A stretch of DNA of 64,000 bases from Epithemia pelagica (taxonomy: Eukaryota; Protista; Bacillariophyta), in NCBI GenBank assembly GCA_946965045.2, contig OX337232.1, forward strand, positions 1,674,001 through 1,738,000. The letters are read 5' to 3'. Under the pieces are notes generated by a model. The model was not told the DNA's origin and did not search any database. It worked only from the letters and a program-made list of their open reading frames with translations. The number at the start of each line of letters is the position of its first letter. Position 1 is the first letter of the stretch. A program made the translations under genes and the position numbers. Of the stretch, positions 55,116-64,000 are shown piece by piece.

Positions 55116-57029
55116 CTAGGTTCCTTGAAGCCGTTTCGGTGGTAGTTTAACTCCTACCATCTCATCTGTTTCAACGTCCAAAAGTTTCACGATTTGTTTG
55201 GGCTTTTGCTCCATGCCTTCTGCCATTTGTTCAATCAAGTCAGTGCACTTTGCTTTGCGTTCCACCCACTCTTTTCTCATGTGGTTTATTCGAGTCTTCA
55301 TTCGTAAGGGACATTGTTCTCGTGCCAATTCTTCTTTGCTTCTAGGCGGTCCTTTCATACGTTTCTCAGATACTCCCTTTGGTTGAGTTGCTTGGATACG
55401 GGCTTTGATATTATCAATTTCTCCCGAGAGATGGACAAGACGTTCGCGCTCCGCTCGAATCTTCATATCGAGCTCTTCATTAGAAACTTGTGATTCTGCA
55501 TCATTCAGTTCTTGTTTGATCTCAAAAGCCTTCCCACGCAAAGAAGAAAGTTGTCTCTTCGCTGACTCAATGTCTTCTGACGATGCGATGAGTGCGGAGA
55601 CTTCTTTCGCCCTTGCACCATACAGAGCCCAATAAAGAGTCTTTGATCTTCCACTTTTCGCTGAATTGAAGGTTTTCTTTGAGATGAGTGCCTTGTCTAT
55701 GAGCGATAACATGACGTAGTCAAGCTGGGTTTCCGTGCTGTTTATCTCCAGAGCAAGAGTTTTCAAAGTGAAGGGTTTGAATGACATCAACATGTGCTTC
55801 AGCACCCGATCTTGAAAGTTAAGTTTCTTTTTCTTAAGCTTGTCTGTCGATTTCACCATTTTTTCACCACCGGACTCTTTAGTACTTGTTGTTTTCTTCG
55901 TATTTTCAGTAGCATCGTGTCTTTGTACATTTTGCGCGATTATGGTCGGATCAATCTTTGGAACTTTTGAATCTGAGAGGGGGATGTGCTGATGCTTTTC
56001 TATGCTTTTGTTTTTTGTTTTGAATGTTTCACTTCTGTTGGCTTGTTGAGAAAGACCTTCACGTACCGCGTCGTTAACTTCAGACAAACGCTCTTTGTTG
56101 AGAGATTTAGAGTTGGTGGAATTTTCTTTAGGACGAAGTGATGGAGTAGATTTTACTACTGTTCCTTGAGCGTTGGCGCTGAGGCTCTTTGATTTCAGAT
56201 TATGTGTGGTCTTTGTTTTCTTTTTTGACGATTTGAAATCATAAAGACTGTCTGGATGATGTTTGCAGCTAGAATCAGTCCTTTTCTTTTTGCCTTTCGG
56301 TTTGGCCACTTGCTGATTGTTTAACATTGCTGAGTCAATTGAGGGATGGTCGGTATGTGGCTGTGTAAATGAGTTTTCTTTGTTCTCTTTGACGTTGTCG
56401 TCTGTAGTTGGCTTTCTTGTCGTTCCTTGAGGCAATCTCCCATTGTCGTTGTTGACCTTTGTTAGCATGAACTGTTTATTGGGTTCCTGCGAATTTCTCG
56501 GTTCTGGATCCATTATGTTTGAACATTTTTCCGCTAGAATTGCCAACGAGTCGAGCGAACTTAAATTTGAAGGAAGAGATGGTCCATGTCGCTGAGCGTC
56601 GATTTGAAGGCTGTCCTCTTTGCTGGAGGGTGGAGGAGTCGCCTTTGTTGGATCCACGGGAAAGTGGTTGTGGTCCTGAAAGGCATCATCATACGTCTTA
56701 TTTGGAGTGAGTTGCTGTGTTGCTAGAGATGTATGCGGATTGGAGTGATCTGTCCGTTGCGAAGCTGTCAGTGGCCACGAAGGACTAGATGAACTTCCTA
56801 AGGTTGGAGCAGCAGAGGAGGAGTATTGTGAATGCCCGCCACTACGGATATGGCAGAATGAAGTGGTCGGTGCCGGCGAATGAATCGACAGTATCTCGCA
56901 CTGTTGGACAGGGTGACCACTGGTCACAACACAATCGTTTGCTCCGGAAGGGGATTCTTCATCAGAGCTACTGAAGTAGTCAGTGAACGACCTTTTCTTG
57001 GGCGGAGCTCGTCGTCGATTTGACGGCAT
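55116..57029 (-). CDS. HOP2/TBPIP-like protein with a long low-complexity N-terminus
   Basis: C-terminal winged helix (VLKHMLMSFKPF...LIDKALISKK...KTLYW), a coiled coil, and KEWVERKAKCTDL...VETDE resembling the HOP2 tail. Confidence 0.6.
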   Translation of the reverse strand: MPSNRRRAPPKKRSFTDYFSSSDEESPSGANDCVVTSGHPVQQCEILSIHSPAPTTSFCHIRSGGHSQYSSSAAPTLGSSSSPSWPLTASQRTDHSNPHTSLATQQLTPNKTYDDAFQDHNHFPVDPTKATPPPSSKEDSLQIDAQRHGPSLPSNLSSLDSLAILAEKCSNIMDPEPRNSQEPNKQFMLTKVNNDNGRLPQGTTRKPTTDDNVKENKENSFTQPHTDHPSIDSAMLNNQQVAKPKGKKKRTDSSCKHHPDSLYDFKSSKKKTKTTHNLKSKSLSANAQGTVVKSTPSLRPKENSTNSKSLNKERLSEVNDAVREGLSQQANRSETFKTKNKSIEKHQHIPLSDSKVPKIDPTIIAQNVQRHDATENTKKTTSTKESGGEKMVKSTDKLKKKKLNFQDRVLKHMLMSFKPFTLKTLALEINSTETQLDYVMLSLIDKALISKKTFNSAKSGRSKTLYWALYGARAKEVSALIASSEDIESAKRQLSSLRGKAFEIKQELNDAESQVSNEELDMKIRAERERLVHLSGEIDNIKARIQATQPKGVSEKRMKGPPRSKEELAREQCPLRMKTRINHMRKEWVERKAKCTDLIEQMAEGMEQKPKQIVKLLDVETDEMVGVKLPPKRLQGT

Positions 57030-57388
57030 GCTATTTTGATGTAAGGTAAGGTCATGTACATGTACATGCATTGCCCATGACAAACCCCAAGACAAAAAAC
57101 TTCACCCCGCGAAACTTCGCATCAAACCAAAAAAAGAAAACGCAAAACGCCGGCCCAAACTGTCAATTGGGCACGAGCGGTCGTGACTCGTGACTTGATC
57201 CGAACCACGACCACACACCAAGACCAAGACACAAGTCCTTTCGCGAAGTTCTTTCGCCTTCGTCATTTCGTCATACCCACAAAGACAACACACAGCATCA
57301 GCTCATCGATGCATCGGGAATCAATCAGGAATCAGGATGAACAAAAGGATCAGACTGAGCATAAAAGTTAAAACAACCGAACTGAACC

Positions 57389-57961
57389 ATGGGGAACTCT
57401 AACTCTGCTCCAAACCTCCCGCCACTTGAACACGTGGCCTCGTGCAACACCGAAAGGTTCATGGGCACGTGGTTTGTAATTGCTGTCAAGCCAACAATGT
57501 TTGAGAAGACAAACTCTAATGCCGTCGAGACCTATACACGACCGAATGGAAAGAATTTCGACATCGCAATCGATTTCCAATACAATCAAAACGAACCTCT
57601 TGTATCCCCTCTGAAAAGCCTGCCGCAAAAAGGGTGGGTCCAAGGTCCCAACAAAGAAGATTCTGGGCTCTGGAAAGTCTCGCTAACATGGCCTTTGAAA
57701 CTGCCTTACCTTATCTTACAGGTTGACGATGAATACTCGTACACCGTCATTGGGTATCCACCAAGAAACTACTGTTGGATCATGTACAGGAAACCTCAAA
57801 TGCCAAAGGAGACTTATGACATGTTGATTCGGAAGCTAACAGAAAAGCACAAATACGATCTTGAAGGACTTCGACTTGTCCCTCAGGTTTGGACGGCAGA
57901 AGAAAGAAGTAGTCGGGGCCTCACCGCTGGTGAAATACCAGATGAAATGCTCAAATCGTGA
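57389..57961 (+). CDS. Lipocalin (Blc/ApoD/TIL-like)
   Basis: RFMGTWFVIA (GxW), VDDEYSYTVIG, WIMYRKP; MGNS is a possible N-myristoylation site. Confidence 0.85.
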   Translation: MGNSNSAPNLPPLEHVASCNTERFMGTWFVIAVKPTMFEKTNSNAVETYTRPNGKNFDIAIDFQYNQNEPLVSPLKSLPQKGWVQGPNKEDSGLWKVSLTWPLKLPYLILQVDDEYSYTVIGYPPRNYCWIMYRKPQMPKETYDMLIRKLTEKHKYDLEGLRLVPQVWTAEERSSRGLTAGEIPDEMLKS

Positions 57962-58199
57962 AATCGGAACTGTTTGGATGTATGTAGCTTTGAAGAATCT
58001 CGTTTTCTTGCTCAAGCCCATTTGCGCTACGAGACATGAATTGTATAACTAGGTCCACGTAAAGGGTGAAACAAATAAGAATTCTTTAGTATCTCGAGAG
58101 GAAAGAGCATTTTCATACTGTGCGAGGTTGTCGGAGTTTCTTGTGAAGCAAAATGACGTGATCCACTTGGTCGATTCGACAAGCCTTTCAATCTCTGTT

Positions 58200-59677
58200 C
58201 TAGGCATCATCAAGGGCAACAATTCCGGGCAGGGCTTTGCCTTCCATGAGTTCGAGGGAAGCTCCACCACCGGTTGAAACATGGCTCATTCTCATTGCCT
58301 GGCCAGACACTTCTGCTGCGGCCGCAGAATCACCTCCACCAATAATGGAGATCATTCCCTTCGTTTCCGTTAAATCACCCAAAGTCGAAGCAATCGAGAA
58401 TGTCCCGTTGGAATACGACTTAATCTCAAATACTCCCATGGGTCCGTTCCAGATAGCAGCACCGCAGTTCTCCAGCGCATCCTGATAAAGTTTGACAGTT
58501 TTGGGTCCAATATCCAAAGCCATATAGCCGTCGGGGATATCTTGTGTCTCTGTAGTCAAAGGTTTGTCCGACTCTTCAAACGCCGTATGACACACGTGGT
58601 CGATTGGAAGCTGAACCTCAATCCCACGTTCTTTGGCTTTCTCGAGCAGTTTGCAAGCAACTTCCACGATATCTCCTTCTTGACAATATGAACTGCCAAT
58701 CTCTTTTCCCAGGGCTTTCAAAAACGTGTAGGCCATGGCTCCACCTATAAGGAGTTTGTTTACCTTTTCCATCAACTGCTCCAAGAGAAGAATTTTGTCA
58801 CTGACCTTCGCACCACCAACAATAGCGCAGAAAGGCCGGGGAGGTTCGTTCAGGATCTGGCGGAAAGCCTCGACCTCCTTGGCCATTAGGTATCCAGCAG
58901 CACCTTGGCCCATTACGTAAGGTATTCCCGTCACTTTAACATCCAGTTAATTAACATGAAGCAGACGATCGTGTAGGATGAGATGTTCGATCGCCGAGTA
59001 AATCAAGTCCTCATACTGAATGGACACTTACCACTGGCAGCGTTGCGATGAGCTGTCCCAAAAGCATCTGAAATGAAGACTTCGCCATACGAAGCCAGCT
59101 TCTTCGCCATTATGAGGCGTTCTTCTTCCTTCTTTGAAGATTCATTCTTGTAGAATCGCACATTTTCGAGGAGAAGAGTTTGACCGTCAACTAGGCTTTC
59201 GACTTGACTTTCTGCATCAAGACTGTCCTCGCCGAAAAGAACGGGTGGACAATCGGTGTTTTCTTTCTTTAATAGCTCCTTGAGGCGAGCAGCAACCGGG
59301 CGGAGGCTTTGCGATAACAGCCTGTTTTGGGAATAATTGACATTGCAGACAAAAGAAACAGGAGGTTAAACTGACTTTCCCCAAAACTGCATAGATGAAC
59401 CCTAACGGATTCGACAAACGTACTCTGGGGACGACGGATTGAGAGGAGTCCCTTCATAGACAACCCCGCTGGGTCTGCCGAGGTGACTCATGAGGATGGC
59501 TCGACCACCATCGGAAAGAATCTTCTGAATTGTAGGAATCGCGGCACGGATGCGGAGGTCATTCGTGATCGTACCATCCTTTATGGGAACATTGAAGTCT
59601 ACCCTTACAAGCACTTTCTTCCCCTTCAAACTGCCAATGTCATCGATGGACTTCTTTTGAACTAGCTGGGCGGTCAT
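58200..59677 (-). CDS. PGK: Phosphoglycerate kinase; exons 59677-59424, 59321-59032, 58933-58200
   Basis: [50 protein letters not shown]; no targeting peptide. Confidence 0.97.
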
Positions 59678-60470
59678 CCTTTTTTCTATCTCTGTATTAT
59701 GACAAAAAAGTGAAAGGTATCTTGTCTCATCATGGGCTCTTGATCTTGACCGGACAAGTGATTCGGAAATGAGAACTCGACACACAGGACCCGTGGACAG
59801 GTGTCAGCTGACGTTCATCTTTGTGTTCTTTGGATTCGGGTTCGCGTACACCTCGTCGGAACGCTCGGGACCCGGGAGAAGCGGGAAGCGGGTCTGTCTC
59901 CGTCCGTATGGTGAATGGTGACCATCCATGGCGCGCCAGTCAAGTCATGCGAGTACTCGTAATCGTATTGTACAAGAAAAGATGAGCAAACAAGACCAAA
60001 AAGAAATTGACAGCACTTTGCACGCCTCCCGAGCAACCACTTTTCTCAACACGCACACTTTTTCCCACTCCCACACGCATTGGTAATCCACACCGAAGTA
60101 GTCGGCATGAGTCTGACCTTACCTTCGTCGATACTGCGTTTACCAGGAAGCTAAAAGCTGGATGAGGATTTGGTCACATGTTCTGCCTCAGTCTCAAATG
60201 ATTGCGTCAAATTAATATACATGAAAGCCTCAGCTAGGGATTCTTCAGCAACATCAATCATATTCAGTTAAGCCAACGCGCAGATTGCACTATGTCCTCA
60301 TTCATCTTTATGGTATGTTAATGGGTAATGTTTCTCACCTTGAGAAGAGAAAGTCAGCAATATTTGTCCGTTGCCCAGAAAGATTCCGGAGTTCCGAGAA
60401 AGAACAGCTAATGAATACAAAGTGATGCTTGTGCAACAAACAACAAAGCTACCATTGTCCACTAAAGTAC

Positions 60471-61832
60471 CTAGAATGAAAATCCTTCTGGGAGTGATGG
60501 TGGTGAAGTCTGTGGCATGTCCACTTTCTCCTTGGTCTTTAGACGTTTGCGAAGGGCTTTTGCCCAAGCTTTTCCATCCAGACGATAGATGCAAATGTAG
60601 CAGTCTTCCATTGCCAGTTGTGCATGACCAAGGTCGTCGAAATCCGACGGATCGTTCCCGAATGGATCAGACAACTCCATGCTCACGAATTCGAGTCCCA
60701 TAAAACCAAATGTTGTCATGAAGACAACAATCATTGTAACAACGGGCGAGTCAATGATATGGCTCATTTCTGTGTGGCACAGAGTCAGCGGTAGGGTGAA
60801 GAGCCAAACAAACAAGAAGATCTTATTCATCTGCACAAGAGGCATCGGCATTGGCGTTGTAATGGTCTTGTACAAACCCGAAAATGCAGTCAGAAATTCT
60901 GCGACAAAATCAAGAAGCTTTGTTTCTTCGTTGCATGGATGTTGCCATACAGCGGATCGAGATCGAAACCAGGTGCCGTCGCGCTGTTTCATTATTTCGC
61001 GACGTACATTCCACGCCAGAACAAAGACAGCTCTACTGGCCTCTTCCAAAATCTTGCGTTCACAATCCTCCACATGGGCCAGTCTTCTCTTTAAGGAAGG
61101 CATTTCTGTATTTTCCTCATCTTGTCGTGAAGACAGGCTAGTTCTGTCACGAAGGCTCGATTCAATATGATGGTCCTTGAACGAGTACTTTGCAACTTCA
61201 TCAGAATTTTCTTGTGCCATTTCAGGGAGAAGCCATGGGTCTTCATGAGATGATCGAAACTCGAGAACACCAATGGCAACACGAAGCAGAACCAATGATG
61301 AGTACGCAACATCCTGCCTCCACTGTTTCGCCCGCTTGCCAGTATCATTAGCTGACAGTAAGCATAGAGTGGCAACCAAATCCCGACACGATTTGTAGAG
61401 AGCCTGTAGGTTTTTTGACTGGGACATGTAGCAGTCAAATGTTATCTTCAATCGGGTAACCAAAAGAAACGACATCAGCGGAGCCATATACTTGTGGCCG
61501 GAAGGATTGACTGTCAAATCAGTGCCACCATAGTGCTTTAGGTAGAAGATGAGACATGTCAGAATCACATTGAAAATACAGTATGGCAAAACTTTTGGCC
61601 AGGCAGACCCGTAAATCTGTGTCAAGACCTCGTAATGATTGGTGTCCTCCCATATCAAGTGGCGCACTGTCCGGCCTTCCCACTCGTCCTCTGTGAAGTC
61701 ATCTTCATGGTCCTCATCACTGTCATCCACTTCGCTGTAATCAGGACTTTGAGTAGGCTCGGCGTACTCTAACAAATCTTCTTCATCTTCAACCCTGTTG
61801 TTCCATCTCCAGAAAAGTGTCATGATTGCCAC
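60471..61832 (-). CDS. Bestrophin-family anion channel
   Basis: LMSFLLVTRL, TPMPMPLVQM and GLEFVSMELSDPFGNDPSDF motifs. Confidence 0.85.
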   Translation of the reverse strand: MAIMTLFWRWNNRVEDEEDLLEYAEPTQSPDYSEVDDSDEDHEDDFTEDEWEGRTVRHLIWEDTNHYEVLTQIYGSAWPKVLPYCIFNVILTCLIFYLKHYGGTDLTVNPSGHKYMAPLMSFLLVTRLKITFDCYMSQSKNLQALYKSCRDLVATLCLLSANDTGKRAKQWRQDVAYSSLVLLRVAIGVLEFRSSHEDPWLLPEMAQENSDEVAKYSFKDHHIESSLRDRTSLSSRQDEENTEMPSLKRRLAHVEDCERKILEEASRAVFVLAWNVRREIMKQRDGTWFRSRSAVWQHPCNEETKLLDFVAEFLTAFSGLYKTITTPMPMPLVQMNKIFLFVWLFTLPLTLCHTEMSHIIDSPVVTMIVVFMTTFGFMGLEFVSMELSDPFGNDPSDFDDLGHAQLAMEDCYICIYRLDGKAWAKALRKRLKTKEKVDMPQTSPPSLPEGFSF

Positions 61833-62419
61833 TTGTTTGTTTCGGTCTCTCTAGGGTTGCCAGGTCTCCATGGACTTCTCACAGTCACAGTCGTCCGACG
61901 AATGATCCAAGTCAAGACATGTCTAGAGTCTAGAGACGGACGCGTGAGCGTGAGGCGAGTCCTACTATAGTCTTATGTCCAAACACTGCGAATTGCGCAT
62001 TGCTGTGATTGTCATCGTCTTTGGTCTTGTGTATTCTTGATTCTTGTAGGAGAGAGGTTATCTTGTAACCTACCGGTAGAATAGGGAGAGCCGGGCGCGG
62101 GCGGATCAGATCCAAGAGGTGCGACGTGCGACTGGCATCTGGCAACGCAAGACCAGTCGCAGTCGCCACTCGCCACAGCCACACAAGACGCAACAATCAA
62201 TCCCAGGACCAGGACCAAAAAATAGCCAGACGTGTGGGTGTCGCTGACGTGGATCATTCATTTTCGGCATAATTGAAGTTCTGCGTGATTCTTTCGGGTT
62301 TCGGATAAAGATGTTGGTGGTTGGTTGCCTTGTTTGAAGATCTTCGCCCTCACAAAAACACAAAAACACAAAACAGACCACAAGCCATCATACGCGTAGA
62401 GGTCATCCAACAAAACGCT

Positions 62420-63880
62420 ATGAACGCTCTGAGGACTTTTCATACGCAAACGAACAGCCTTTCCTTCGTTGCTAGAGCCACATTGGAGCGTCATGGTCGT
62501 TCATTGGGATGCAGCTTGCAGACGTATCGTTTCCATGGGATCTCCGCAACGCCTGATTGCAAGACAAACTTGTTCGCCAAACGAGGATTTTCGTCGTTTG
62601 ATCCCAGTGCCATCGTGAAAAGTGAGCCTGGCTTCGTCACAAGAAAGCTCAGGGCATTGAACATGAAGACTGTGAAACAAGTTATGCAGGAGCTGAAAGC
62701 AGTCGACGCAAACGCCGATGAAAGGTATTGTTCAATGTTCTCTAGTGAAATGTAATAAGAAGTCGATCTCATCATATTTATTGATTGTTACAGACTGGAC
62801 TCTGGAGAGCTGAAGAACCTCTTGCGAAAGCACAAGTCAACGTTCACAGAAGAAGAGATCAGTCAGATTGGAGAACTTTTCTATGCCGGAAAGTCCGGCG
62901 GTTCTGTGTCGTTTGACAAGTTCATTGAAGCAATAGATCGAGTAGTTCAAATGGAGGAGGGTCAAGTGGAGGGAAACGATGAGAAATTGAACCCGCTAGA
63001 CGTTGGTACATGTGGCAATGAATACTTATTCTACAAGAGCCACGGCAACATGGACTGGAACATCGAGCTTACGCACACTGCTCCAAAGACTCTACAAGAT
63101 CGATTGGCATACAATGCCGTAAAGGGTGTACGCCTTGTCTTTGACCTTGCCACTGGTTGGAATGGTGAAATAACTCCCACCAAAGTTTTGAACAGGACTA
63201 TTTTCCTCGAAACAATCGCTGCAGTTCCAGGGATGGTTGCGGCCATTGTTCGGCATTTCAAATCGCTTCGAACGTTTCAACGCGATGGAGGTATGATGCA
63301 GATGTTTCTTGATGAGGCGAACAATGAACGCATGCATTTGTTGACATTCGTTCGAATGAAGGACCCGAACTTTCTTTTCCGGTGAGTTTTTTCCCCTCAA
63401 ACGCGTGCCATAATTGAACTACGCTCACAGATGGACAGACTTGCAGTCATTGGTGGACAGGTTGGTTTTGGGAGTGCTTTCTTGATTTCGTACATCATCT
63501 CCCCAAAGTTTTGCCACCGCTTCGTTGGATATGTTGAGGAAGAAGCATGCTCCACATATACGAAAATCATCGATGCCATCAAGAACGCAGATGAAGGAAC
63601 TGAACTTGCCTCATGGCAAACTCAACGCGCGCCACGGATTGCCCGTTCATACTGGAAGTTGGGAGAAGAAGGAACCGTGCTAGACTTGATGTATGCTGTT
63701 CGTGCGGATGAAGCTGAACATCGTGATGTCAACCATCTGTGCTCATCGATGGAGGACGGTATGCAGAATCCAGTGAGCAATACAGAAGAAAAATTAAACA
63801 CCATGTTGTTGAAGTATGTGCACGATATCATGGAAAGGACCCCTTCAAAAGAAAAAGCGCAAGGAGAAGTTTCCATGTGA
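62420..63880 (+). CDS. AOX: Mitochondrial alternative oxidase with N-terminal EF-hands; exons 62420-62724, 62794-63381, 63439-63880
   Basis: LETIAAVPGMV, EANNERMHLL, HRFVGYVEEEA, RADEAEHRDVNH. EF-hand DANADER/LDSGEL spans intron 1. Confidence 0.93.
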
Positions 63881-64000
63881 GTCGAAAGATCGGAGCGATA
63901 TTACATCTTTGCTTATGATTTGGTCACGGAAATTAATGATTGAGAATCATGTTGGCTGTAGAAAACATGTTATGATGACGAAGCAATGATTACATTGTGC

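Overview
Eukaryotic genomic DNA, most likely from a diatom. The evidence is short GT-AG introns, bipartite plastid signals, CoDi-like Ty1/copia elements and type II membrane LRR genes. Ordinary genes are mS29/DAP3, Cpn20, an NTT/TLC nucleotide transporter, two LRR paralogues, D-amino-acid oxidase, a bacterial-type FAD D-lactate dehydrogenase, an HMG-box/histone-fold protein, SF3B6, a HOP2-like protein, a lipocalin, PGK, a bestrophin and an EF-hand AOX. The main result is a Helitron2/Helentron-like family. It has two 3' ends (16-bp subterminal inverted repeat + hairpin + TTT, at 14314 and 46557), three 5' ends (TT + matching repeat, at 33212, 50786 and 53669) and a PIF1 helicase remnant. These ends appear to delimit two composite minus-strand elements (14314-33212 and 46557-53669). 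Each carries decaying host-gene cargo and each sits between head-to-head genes. The first also hosts two recent Ty1/copia insertions, both splitting cargo ORFs, whose primer-binding site matches the anticodon arm of tRNA-Asn. All calls are from manual reading; no database searches were run.
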